The notes under the pieces: model-generated | What the model saw: only the letters and a program-made list of their open reading frames with translations | Told to the model about the DNA's origin: nothing | Database searches by the model: none | Position numbers and translations under genes: made by a program | Assembly: GCA_905178155.1 (NCBI GenBank) | Contig: CAJINV010000010.1 | Location: 3,430,587 to 3,494,586, forward strand | Reading direction: 5' to 3' | Length of the DNA stretch: 64,000 bases | Origin: Amoebophrya sp. A120 | Taxonomy: Eukaryota > Protista > Dinoflagellata | Part shown: positions 22,256-35,100 of the stretch, piece by piece | How positions within the stretch are numbered: the first letter of the stretch is position 1 | How the letters are laid out: each line of letters starts with the position of its first letter

Positions 22256-25042
22256 TTACTGCCTCTCCCCGGCAAATACAACTTTGAACGGGTGTGGCTG
22301 CGATAGGATATCGTAGAGCCGCCTGTTCACTTTAAACGTGTCTTTTCCTTTCTTCGTTTCCTCGTTCTTATGTCCTGCTTGTTGTCCACCGATGAAGATG
22401 ACTTTTTTTGCCAAAACATCTTCACTGTGGTCTGGTGTCGCTTCTGCGCCTGCCTTTATTTTTTCCCCAGTGAAAGTGATTTCACTTCGAGCATCCTCGA
22501 TCGGAGAAGAACTCTTTTCATCAACCTCGGCGGCAACAAAGGTGGGCGAAAGCTTCCTTCTGGAGCTTACAGAACCAGCATCACACTCGTCCTCCGGAAC
22601 AGCGGTTTGATCTGCTTGCGTTTCCTTTTTCTCGTCCCAAAACTCCTTCTTTTTCCGAAATAAGCAGCAGAAAAAGGCACCCGTATTGCTGTAATGCGGC
22701 ATCAGGCGGGCGCATTTTCGGAGCTCCTTTTTGATCCAGCGGTGGTCTTCTACTTCGTTATTTTTACCTTCATGATCTACTCCTGCGATGCTTTTAGAAG
22801 TTGTACTTACCGGCCACATCGTCTCTCGGTACTTCTTATCAAATGCAAAAATGTCTGGGTCTGGAAGATTAGAACCTGTCATGCTAAATCTCAATGATGC
22901 AAAAATCTGTGTTGCGTAAGTAGCAAAAGCTGTCCGCTTTTGACCAAGTCGAGAGGGAGTTTCTCATGCAGGAAATGCATGATAGAGACCTCAAAGAATC
23001 TGTCATGCTGGGTCTCGCATTCCAGACCTCATGGGTCATGGAAAACCTGCATCACAAATCTTGGACTCTTCCAGACCCAGACATTTTTGCATTTGATACT
23101 TCTTTCTGTCCTCCTTCCCGAGCAGCTTCTGGGACTCCTGGTAAGAGGAAAGGACCGTGTAGGAGGTGGGGGCGTCTACTGTTGAGCTTCTGCCATTTGA
23201 TGTTCCATTTGCATTTGCCTTTTTTGGTTTTCCACCTCCGTCTGCTGGCAGAATTATTTTCTCTCTTTCCGCGACAACCGTCCAATCTTCCAGACCTCTG
23301 TGCATACGACAGGGTGCGACAATGCCGGATTTCGCACTGTCGTGCACGTCGACGACCTCTACACACCCTTTCGGTATTTTCCGCAGCACTGCCTGCACTA
23401 CGGCCTCGTTTTCTAGCGGATTCAGCGAGCACGTGGAGTAACAGAGAAGACCAGTAGTATCACTCGCCAGCAACTTCAACCCCCTGAGTAAAATCTGCAC
23501 CTGGAGCGAGTGTAATTGCTGTCCGAGAAAAGGGTTCCAGGATCTCCATTTCTCCTCGTATTTCCGCATGGTCCCGTCCCCGCTACAGGGCACATCTGCA
23601 ATGATCCGATCGAATTTCAACAAACTCGTTTTCCCAAAAAATTCGGGGAAAATCTGCGCTCGGTGGTTCGTTACAACCACATTCTTCGCGCCGAATTGCA
23701 CCCGCTTCGCCAGGGTGCCCGCCCGCTTCTGGTCAAACTCGTTGGCGAAGAGGAAGCCTGAGTTAGTCTTTTGAGGACCATGACGTTGCTGACCAGTAGT
23801 CGGGCAAGAAACCAATGAATCAGGAGTCGCTGATGTTGTAGTTGTACTAACATCCAAGATCCGTTCCAACGCCTGGCTGGTTTTCGACCCCGGGCTGGCG
23901 CAGAGGTCCAGCACCCGGTGCGATTTCTGGACGTTCAACAAAAACACCGGGAACATCGAGACGATCTCCTGGCGCTCGAGAACCTTATTTCTGTGCTTCT
24001 CCACCAACCACTTTTGGATCTCGGGGAAAAACTTCTGCATCGTCTTCGCATCGTAACACATCTGGAACGCGACGAGCTGCTTAGTTGGCACTGTAGCTGT
24101 TATTGCCTTTGCCGCCGCGGCGTCAGATGTTGAACCTTTAGAAGTTCTGGGAGCTGCTGTATTAGGTTGATGTTTACCTCGATGTACTAGTTCTCGTCGT
24201 CGCTCTTCCAACCCGAAGCGGAACTTCACCGGTTTTGGCACCGTGCGTCCGGTCGCTGTAATGTACGATGGTTCGAGAAAGTGTTTCTTGACCTCCAGCA
24301 ACGCCTTGCCCACCTCGGCTTTCTTCGATTCCAAAGACGAAAACCGGAAGGAAACGCAGATCGGCTGGTGGAGAAATTTGAAAAATTTCTGCCACTCCGT
24401 CCCGTCGTGGGCGAAGAGTTTCTGGTGCAAATGGTAGTACTCCGTGAAATTTTTGCCGATTTTTTCCTTTTCCAATTGGATCTCCCAATACTTTTCGTCC
24501 GTGAGGTAGGTTTCTTGGTCTTGATCAGCTGCACATCCAAATCCTTCGTAGGTGCTCTTTGCATCACGACAAGCTGCTGAAGCAGCTGTAGGCTTTGATA
24601 TTTTCGACACCACATACGCTTTCTCTTTTCCGCGGATGCTAACCCTGCCGTTGCGGCCGCCCGCTTTTCTTCTTGTTTTCCGGCGTGGACGATGTTGATG
24701 GACTTGAAGAACCGTACTGTTCTTACTAGCACTCCTCGTCGCAGCAGCCACTTGCGCGGTACCAGTTCCAGTACCGGTTGAACTTATAGCATTCGACTTC
24801 GTGGCGGCACTTTCATTTGGCCTCGTCCCGACTGTCTTGCTACACGACGGCTTCTTTCGACCATTTTCGCCCGAAAAGGATGAACAATCCTCGGTAGTTG
24901 TAACAAGCTTCCGCCGCTTGGCTGCCGGAAGAACTTCTACACTGGAATCCATAGTTCCAGTTCGTAGAGCTTGTTCAATATCCGGAGTGAAGTCCTCCGA
25001 TGCTGTCTTTTTCAATTCCGTTTCGCTCCCAGCACCTGCCAT
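22256..25042 (-). CDS. NSUN2: RsmB/NOL1/NOP2/Sun-family RNA m5C methyltransferase, NSUN2/Trm4-like; 3' end uncertain
   Basis: Motifs RQEIVSMFP, VLDLCASPGSKT, FDRIIADVPCSGDGT, YSTCSLNPLENEAVV, RLMPHYSNTGAFF. One introner. A possible GTAAGT donor near 22259 could extend the gene. Confidence 0.88.
22837..23098. mobile_element. Introner family A
   Basis: TIR; direct repeat CTTCT. Confidence 0.93.
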
Positions 25043-26174
25043 CTTTTGTGTTTCTAAGTATATTGGTAGTTGTCCGACTCAATTCATTGCTTCAAAAACA
25101 TTAAAAAGGCGCGATGAGCATACTAAAAACTCTTTCTATAAGTTCAACAGCTGATAGCCATGCCCAACAAACCATCTGACTGCACGTGTACCTCGGACAA
25201 GAACTCTGAGTCATTGATTGATCCAATGGCAACAAAAATCGTCAACCAGTAATGAGATCATGATGGAACAGATTCACTTTTTATTCCAGTGCTGGCAAGA
25301 AGTTATGCCTGTTGATCCTGATCGAAAATAGATCCTGGGGCATGATAGATTCTAATTCTTCGCTCCTTCCCCATACAATTCCTTTTCCGAGGAACACCAT
25401 GACAAATAAATCCCCCTTCTGGGCGACATCGATCGCTGATCAATGCAGCATTTTTTTTTTCCAGCAACACCTGATCCAACCGGCCGATCGCACGAACGAC
25501 TAGAGCAAGGCAGCTGGTGGTGTTCTTAGAAGATTTCGTAGAACAAGATGACCAAGGAACAAGACGTGATGATCAATTATCCACCGTCAAGAAGTTTCAA
25601 ATCGTTTAATATTTTCCCTACACTTCTACAGCGTCGAGTCGATACCTTTTTACACTTTTCGGCAATTTGAACAAAATAAGAACCTCGGATTTTGAATTTT
25701 TCTCTTCCAATATTTTGTGGTTTTAATTTTGAAGATGAACCAAACTGAAGGTATCAAAAACTACTTTACATATTAATCTTTTCTCGTTGTGCATGCTTCC
25801 GGTAAAAATTGCTTTCAACATTATTGAAGACTCACATCCCTACTACTTAATTCAAACGGAAAAAGACGCTTCTCCATACTCAGGCTGGTGCCGTCAACGA
25901 AGTCGAAGTCTCGGGAGGTCGTGTTGGCAATAAAGCAGGTTCGGAGGGGGCAACATCAACTTCGGCTGACGACAAACTTCTATTTTCATCTGCCGGCGAG
26001 GAGGTGGATGCTAGGTGTTGTATCGAGGCTTCGTCTGGACGTCCAGAGGGCAAAGTTGTAGGTGCGAGGAGCTCCTGCTGATGATGATGTTCATCTTGTG
26101 CGGCCTGCTGTTGTAGTTGTCGTGTTCTTATTTCTTCCTCCTCCAGCGTTGCTCCGTCCTTTGCGACGTCCGCA

Positions 26175-29100
26175 TCATTGGTCGAGTGGTCCTCGTCCTG
26201 CCGCCCCCGCCTTCGCCTGTAATTTATTGTTCCTTTCCCGGAGAATCGCCGTCACGAGGCCCAGGTGCGGCGCCGCTTTCCGGTAGGCCGGCAACTCATC
26301 TTCGATTTTCGCAATGTTGCCCAACTTGTGCCCGGTTTCCGCCCTGCTGCTGCCCGCGTCTGTTCTTGCCTCCGCCGCTTCCTCCTCCATCGTCTTTACA
26401 TGCTCAGACAAAGTCTGAAAGTCCTCGCGCACACGGACGAGCGACCTGCCCCGCCAAATTTGGCTGTGCGCGTGCTTGGGCCGGCGGGAGAGATCTAGTA
26501 CCAGGGTGTTGGTGCGGAAATTGTGCTCGTTTTGCAAAGCGGCGCACGCCAAGTGCTGGATGTCGTGCATTCGGGTACTCAAAGATTCCAGCTGCTCCTG
26601 TAGCTCCGGATACGGCACCGAGTCCCAAAACGTGTGCAATTGGACCTCGGCGTCCTTCTTTGTGTAGAGGCTGGAACTGGGAAGCGCCTGCGCGTACTGC
26701 TCCACCAGGGGGCGCACCAGGACCATCTCCACGAACTCTTCGGTGTCCATATCTCCTGAGTCAAACGCGTGAAAGGCCCCGGTGTGGTTCACTTGCCACG
26801 AAGCCAGTAGCGGCAGCGCAAACACGCAGTAGCACAGCAGCAACTCGAATACAAAGGAGCACCGAGCCAGGTGGCGTCTACATTTTTCTTTCCGGAAAAA
26901 CCGTCTCTCCGCGGCCACCGCGTCCTCATCTTCCGAAATTTTTTTGTGTTCTGGCGAAAATAAATCCTGTTCTTCCTGATGCTCCGCACTGACTCTGTTT
27001 TCGATAACATCAGAAGTCCTCCTCCATTCAGGGCGAGCGCTAGAAGTTGCAGCAGGAGGCGGTGAATCATGTTGTTCTGAACGCGCCCTGAAAACGAATA
27101 AAACAAGCTGAAGGAAACTTAGCCCGACCCCAGACATATCAAATGCAAATATGTCTGGGTCTGGAAACTTGTAATGCTGGGCTGTGAGTAGTGAATGCTC
27201 TGTAACGTACAGGCAAGCATGAGAAATACTTGCGCGGCTTAGTGTAAGTGTTGCGTTTTTCGCATGACAAACTGCGTTTTTGGATGACAAGCAACAGGGT
27301 CTCTTCTTCCTTGGACACGCATCACAAGCTCTTCAGTCATGCCAGACAAGCATGACAAACCTTGTATCCTTCCAGACCCAGACATATTTGCATTTGATAA
27401 GACACAACGGCGACGCACAACACCAGGAGCCGCGCCCAAGTGATGGGTTCCCACGGCCGCGGCGAGGTTTGGTAATCCAGGCAACCCGAGTGCCACAGGT
27501 AGCCCCGGCGCGTGAGAAAATTGTCAAACAGATCCACCTATGAAATGTAAAAATGTCTGGGTCTGGAAGATCGCAGATTTTTGTCATGCTGTTTTTGCAT
27601 GACACGGAAGGTCTGGCATGGACGCCCTAGCATCACAGGTTTAGGTTACGCAATGCCTAATCCGCATGACAAATCCTCTATTCCGATGACAGAAAATGGG
27701 TAACTTTTGCTGCCTAAGCATGAGAGATTTCTGCGCGTTGTGAAATGCGCATCACAAGTTCGAATCTTTCCAGACCCAGACATATTTGCAATGCATACCA
27801 CCACGGTGGGGTCGGAGATGGCCGTGAGGTAGGTCAAGGGCATATGAAATGCAAATATGTGTGGGTCTGGAAGAATGCAGATTTTTATCATGCTGTTTTT
27901 GCATGACACAGAAGGTCTGTCATGGAAGCCCTAGCATCACAGATTTCGAGAACCTTCCGCCATGCCCAATCCGCATGACAAATCCTCCTTTTTGGTGACA
28001 GAAAATGCGCGCCTTTTGCTGCCTATGCATGAGAAATTTGTCTGTGTTGCGAAATTCGCATAACAAGTTCCAACCTTCCAGACCACCCAGATACATTAGC
28101 AATGCATACGGCACGTTCTCGCCCCAAAAGAGCTGCAGCCCCTCGAAAAGCACCAGCAGAGCACCCCCGGCCTGAGCGGAAAACGAGTGCAGCCGCCAAA
28201 AGACCTTCGCCGTGCGGGCCCGCGATCGCTTCCACCGGGTACTCTTGTTCTTGGTGCCAGCGTAAATTTGGTCTATCGAAGACCAGTATCAGCTGCAAAA
28301 GTGTGTGGGTCTCTGGAAGAATGCCAGACTTGTCCTGCAGGTTCTTTTCCATGACCCATGAGGTCTGGTATGTAGGACATAGCATGACAGATTCTGATGT
28401 GACAGTTCTATCATGCCTATCCTGCATGAGAACCTGCCTCTCGATTAGGTCAAAAGTGGGCAGCTTTTGGTAATCATGCAACGCAGATTCTTACATGATT
28501 CAGATTCAGCATGGCAAGTTGCTTTGTTCCAGACCCAGATGACATTATTGCATTTGATAACGAATCGGTCGGAATCACAAGAGAACAGCAGAAGGACGGG
28601 ACAATCAGCCAGATGGCACGCAGTATCAAAAGGGAAAATCCCCCCTCCCCATATCGAAAAGGAAATCTGTGATGCTGGGTCTGCGTACACAAATCAGATT
28701 TGTCTTGCAGTAGAGGACTCCACGCAGATCGCGAGCCTAGATAGGGGCCTTTTGGTGTAGGCGCGTAGCATGGTAGACGGCTGCCCCGTAGTCCTTACAG
28801 CATTTCAAATCGCCTGCATAGCGTGGCAGAGAGCCTGGACTTGCCTTCTAGCAAAACAGGCAAGATTTGTGGTCACAAATCTGCATCTCAAATTTTCAGA
28901 GGATACGTTTTCAATATGGGGAGAGGGGATTTTTTCTTGCAATACGCAGGCAAATTTCTTCCGGCGACGTCAGCTTCGGCAGCCCCGTATGAACTGCAAA
29001 AGTATCGCACTCGTCCAAATGCATGACAAATTCCCTCAGCATGAGAAATAAAATTTGTAATGCGGATTTACCTTGAGAAAAAAATTTGTAATGCTGCAAG

Positions 29101-32100
29101 ACTTGCATTCATACGAATACGATACTTTTGCGCAGCATACCCCGGATTGCCCCGCTCGCTCGCCTCCTCGGGCGCCGCCCATTGGCAGAAGGACCGGTAC
29201 GCGTGAAACGGGTACTGGTTCAGCAACGTGGCCACCATGTAGAGTACCAGGCACAGGGTAAAAATTTTGCCCTCGGCCGCTTCCGGGTTTTGGCACACGC
29301 TGGACAGTATGGATTGTAAAAAAGTCTGGGTCCTCTCCTGGAAACTTGTGATGCTGGGTGGCGTATCATGAAGAGGCCACAAATGCTGGCTCAGCATGGC
29401 AAGTTTCTGAGCTTGCTTCTAGGTTTTGCCTATTCTGCATGACAAACTGCGTTTCTGCATGACAGCAAAATGGGGCTCTTGGGAAACGTGCATGACAGAT
29501 TTAAGAGTCATGCCAGACTAGCACGAGGAATCTCGCAATCTCCCAGACCCAGACATTTTTGCATTTGATAGACAGCGTGCCGCTCCTCAGAAACCCTTTA
29601 GGCAGCTGCACCTCCTCGACCGGTCTTTCCTCGAAGCCCGGTGGCATAAAAACTGAGGTGTCGTCTTGCTTCTCCACTCCATCTCCGACTCCTTGGCTTA
29701 CAACAACTTCGCCCAGCAGCGAGGTGCCTTTCATCGTACTAGCATCATCTTTTGCGGTTGTTGATGATGCACCACCTGACTCGGCCGTCTGAACAACTTC
29801 CAGGTGGTGACCAAAAGTAGACTCCGCACGAGGACCTCCTTCGCGTTTCTTCAAAAGATCCTCCAGTTTATTCGGCGCTTTCGTTCTCTTCTTTGCGCGG
29901 CGGCCTGGCTCCTCAGTTCTTGTTTCCTCGTCAACATCGCTTGCACCACTCTGCAGGGCGGAGTCCGGAGCGTTCATACTCAGCACTGGTAAATCTTCGT
30001 CATCGACATGCGGCTCGTTTGTCGATTCACCCAGAAAGACACTGCCTTGACTGAAGCTCCCCTCCAGTCTGCTGCTGGTGCTCGTCTCGATGTCGTCGTG
30101 ATCGACGTCCACTGCAGCCTCACTCCCCTCTCCTCGTCTGCTCGCCGTTTTGATGTTCATCATATTTGAAGAAAGGTGACCTTGACCTCCACCCCGCCTG
30201 CTCTTGCGCACCAGCAGTTTCCGCACGATTGTTTCGGGAAAAAACACGAGCTTCCAGGGAAGCAAAGTCCCGAAAACCACGGCTGTATAACCCGCGACCA
30301 AGAGCAAGAACCCCAGCACCCCGTCCGTCCGCGTGGAACCGACGAAGGCGGACTATGGGAGCGTCAGGCTTGAAGTCAACGAAGTTGTTGAAATGATTTG
30401 CCATGCATAAAATGCAAGGCATGAAGTGCCTGTCTTGCCGGGATGGCAAGTGAGGCAGATTGTGAGCCTATCTAGGGTTTGGAATAGAGCTGCTAAAGGA
30501 GCATGACAGAAGCAGTATTCTGTGCCCAAACAGCATGACAAATTGGATCCGGGTGCTCCGAAAATTTGTCATGCGCCGCTTGATAAGTGGGCTTCCAACT
30601 GGTATCGGCTTTATGCATGACAAACTATTTCAACTCTGACGATTTCGATCCTGACACCCCCATACGGACAGCAGAAACCGGATCAGGCTGAGCGTGACCG
30701 CCCCGCACCACCGCACTCGCTGCAGCGCGTCGTGGAAAAAGTCGTGGTGCTGGTCCAGTTTGTCCTTCAACTGCGCGTATGGATTGCAAAAATGTCTGGG
30801 TCTGGAAACTTGTAATGCTAAAAGTGAATGGCACACGCACTGCAATACGCAGCCACGCATGACAAATTTTTTGGCTCCTATCCCAAAGAAAAAAGCCGAC
30901 AGGTCAGAAAAAAAATAATTAAATAATAATTGTTATCGTCAACAATAAAAGCAAAACAAAACAACAAAAAAAATTGCCGCCATACCATGCGGATTAGCTT
31001 CAGGACAGATCAGCAATCCGCGCGAATCATGGTGGGGCTGCTATTGTCAACAATAAAAGCAAAACAAAACAACAAGAATAAACTGCCGCCATACCATTCG
31101 GATTAGCTTCAGGACAGATCAGCAACCCGCGCGAATCAGGGCGGGACGGCGATCGCCCGCTTTTTTTATTTTTGCGACGAATTTCGCCCATTCGCGCCAT
31201 ACCGTGCGGGCTGGGTTTCGTAGGGGGTTGCCGGTTTCGCCAATCCGCACGCCACGGCGCCCGCAGTCGGTTTTGCGGCTTTTTGCAGATTTTCCATGTT
31301 CGCGCCATAGCGTGCGGGCTGGCTATCTGGCGAAGCTGCCGGCTTCGCGAATCCGCACGGCACGGCGGTCGCAGTTAGTTTTTTAAATTTTGGCGAGTTT
31401 TCTTTGTTTCGCGCCATACCGTGCGGGCTGGGCTTCGTACGGGGTTGCCGGCTTCGCCAATCCGCACGGCACGGCGTCCGCCGTCGGTTTTGCGACTTTT
31501 TGCAAATTTTTGCTGTTCGCGCCATAGCGTGCGGGCTGGCTTTCTGGCGAAGCTGCCGGCTTCGCAAATCCGCATGGCGAGGCGGCCGCGGTTAGTTTTG
31601 TGAATTTTGGCGATTTTTTTCCTTTCGCGCCATACCGTGCGGGCTGGGCTTCATAAGAGGTCGCCGGCTTCGCCAATCCGCACGGCACGGCGCCCGCAGT
31701 CGGTTTTGGGACTTTTGGCGAATTTTCTTTGTTCGCGCCATACCGTGCTGCTGGCTTTCTGGCGAAGCTGCCGGCTTCGCGAATCCGCACGGCACGGCGG
31801 CCGCAATTAATTTTGTAAATTTTGTCGGGCTTGTTCCTTTCGCGCCATACCGTGCGGGCTGGCCTTCGGGCGAAGTTGCCGGCTTCGCGCATCCGCATGG
31901 AACGGCGGCCGCAATTAGTTTTGCGAATTTTGGCGAGTTTTTTGCCTTCACGCCATACCGTGCGGGCTGGCGGTCGCAAGAGGGTGCCGGCGTCGCGAAT
32001 CCGCACGGCACGGCGATCGCAATTATCGCTTCAAAATAGGAAGGCAGGAGCTTGGAAACCGTCGAAGGCTTTGCCAGCTTTGCGAAAGTTCCCGAATGTT

Positions 32101-35100
32101 CGGAGTCGCCGGATTCAGAGGCGGCGAGGCGTCAAACCCTCGCCAAGCTTTTCAACATTTGGGAATGCCAAAAATGCGACCCCCTCCTCTATCTGCGGAA
32201 GCTGGCGCACTTAAAGCAAATTGCTCCCGCTTCTGGTAATTTTTGCCGAGTTCGTCCGCGGATACTTTCGAAGGCTCGGAATCGCTTCAAAATAGGCAGG
32301 CAGGAGCCTGGGAGCTGTCGGAGGCTTTGCCAGCTTTGCGAATATTCCCGAATATTCGGAATCGCCGGAATCAGAGGCGGCGAGACGTCAAACCCTCGCC
32401 AAGTTTTTCAACGCTTGGGAATGCCAAAAATGCGACCCCCGCCTCTATCTGCGGAAACTGGCATCCTTAAAGTAAGTGGCTTCCTCTTCTTCTGGAAACT
32501 TTTGCCCGCCGAGTGTGTCCGCGGATCCTTTCGAATATTCGGAATCGCTTCAAAATAGGCAGGCAGGAGTTTGGAAATTGTCGAAGGTTTTGCCAGCTTT
32601 TCGAATGTTCTCGAATCCTCGGAATCGCCGGAATCAGAGGCGGCGAGGCTTCAAATCCTTGCCAAGTTTTTCAACAATTGGGAATGCCAAAAATGCGACC
32701 CCCGCCTCTATCTGCGGAGGCTGACATACTCAAAGCAAATTACTTCCTCTGCTGGGAATTTTTGCCGAGTTCGTCCGCGGATACTTTCGAATATTCGGAA
32801 TCGCTTCAAAATAGGCAGGCAGGAGTTTGGAAACTGTCGAAGGTTTTGCCAGCTTTTCGAATATTCTCGAATATTCGGAATCGCCGGAATCAGAGGCGGC
32901 GAGACTTCAAATCCTTGCCAAGTTTTTCAACAATTGGGAATGCCAAAAGTGCGACCCCCGCCTCTATCTGCGGAGGCTGACATACTCAAAGCAAATTACT
33001 TCCTCTGCTGGGAATTTTTGCCGAGTTCGTCCGCGGATACTTTCGAATATTCGGAATCGCTTCAAAATAGGCAGGCAGGAGTTTGGAAACTGTCGAAGGT
33101 TTTGCCAGCTTTTCGAATATTCTCGAATATTCGGAATCGCCGGAATCAGAGGCGGCGAGACTTCAAATCCTTGCCAAGTTTTTCAACAATTGGGAATGCC
33201 AAAAATGCGACCCCCGCCTCTATCTGCGGAGGCTGACATACTCAAAGCAAATTACTTCCTCTGCTGGGAATTTTTGCCGAGTTCGTCCGCGGATACTTTC
33301 GAATATTCGGAATCGCTTCAAAATAGGCAGGCAGGAGTTTGGAAACTGTCGAAGGTTTTGCCAGCTTTTCGAATATTCTCGAATATTCGGAATCGCCGGA
33401 ATCAGAGGCGGCGAGACTTCAAATCCTTGCCAAGTTTTTCAACAATTGGGAATGCCAAAAATGCGACCCCCGCCTCTATCTGCGGAGGCTGACATACTCA
33501 AAGCAAATTACTTCCTCTGCTGGGAATTTTTGCCGAGTTCGTCCGCGGATACTTTCGAATATTCGGAATCGCTTCAAAATAGGCAGGCAGGAGTTTGGAA
33601 ACTGTCGAAGGTTTTGCCAGCTTTTCGAATATTCTCGAATATTCGGAATCGCCGGAATCAGAGGCGGCGAGACTTCAAATCCTTGCCAAGTTTTTCAACA
33701 ATTGGGAATGCCAAAAATGCGACCCCCGCCTCTATCTGCGGAGGCTGACATACTCAAAGCAAATTACTTCCTCTGCTGGGAATTTTTGCCGAGTTCGTCC
33801 GCGGATACTTTCGAATATTCGGAATCGCTTCAAAATAGGCAGGCAGGAGTTTGGAAACTGTCGAAGGTTTTGCCAGCTTTTCGAATATTCTCGAATATTC
33901 GGAATCGCCGGAATCAGAGGCGGCGAGACTTCAAATCCTTGCCAAGTTTTTCAACAATTGGGAATGCCAAAAATGCGACCCCCGCCTCTATCTGCGGAGG
34001 CTGACATACTCAAAGCAAATTACTTCCTCTGCTGGGAATTTTTGCCGAGTTCGTCCGCGGATACTTTCGAATATTCGGAATCGCTTCAAAATAGGCAGGC
34101 AGGAGTTTGGAAACTGTCGAAGGTTTTGCCAGCTTTTCGAATATTCTCGAATATTCGGAATCGCCGGAATCAGAGGCGGCGAGACTTCAAATCCTTGCCA
34201 AGTTTTTCAACAATTGGGAATGCCAAAAATGCGACCCCCGCCTCTATCTGCGGAGGCTGACATACTCAAAGCAAATTACTTCCTCTGCTGGGAATTTTTG
34301 CCGAGTTCGTCCGCGGATACTTTCGAATATTCGGAATCGCTTCAAAATAGGCAGGCAGGAGTTTGGAAACTGTCGAAGGTTTTGCCAGCTTTTCGAATAT
34401 TCTCGAATATTCGGAATCGCCGGAATCAGAGGCGGCGAGACTTCAAATCCTTGCCAAGTTTTTCAACAATTGGGAATGCCAAAAATGCGACCCCCGCCTC
34501 TATCTGCGGAGGCTGACATACTCAAAGCAAATTACTTCCTCTGCTGGGAATTTTTGCCGAGTTCGTCCGCGGATACTTTCGAATATTCGGAATCGCTTCA
34601 AAATAGGCAGGCAGGAGTTTGGAAACTGTCGAAGGTTTTGCCAGCTTTTCGAATATTCTCGAATATTCGGAATCGCCGGAATCAGAGGCGGCGAGACTTC
34701 AAATCCTTGCCAAGTTTTTCAACAATTGGGAATGCCAAAAATGCGACCCCCGCCTCTATCTGCGGAGGCTGACATACTCAAAGCAAATTACTTCCTCTGC
34801 TGGGAATTTTTGCCGAGTTCGTCCGCGGATACTTTCGAATATTCGGAATCGCTTCAAAATAGGCAGGCAGGAGTTTGGAAACTGTCGAAGGTTTTGCCAG
34901 CTTTTCGAATATTCTCGAATATTCGGAATCGCCGGAATCAGAGGCGGCGAGACTTCAAATCCTTGCCAAGTTTTTCAACAATTGGGAATGCCAAAAATGC
35001 GACCCCCGCCTCTATCTGCGGAGGCTGACATACTCAAAGCAAATTACTTCCTCTGCTGGGAATTTTTGCCGAGTTCGTCCGCGGATACTTTCGAATATTC

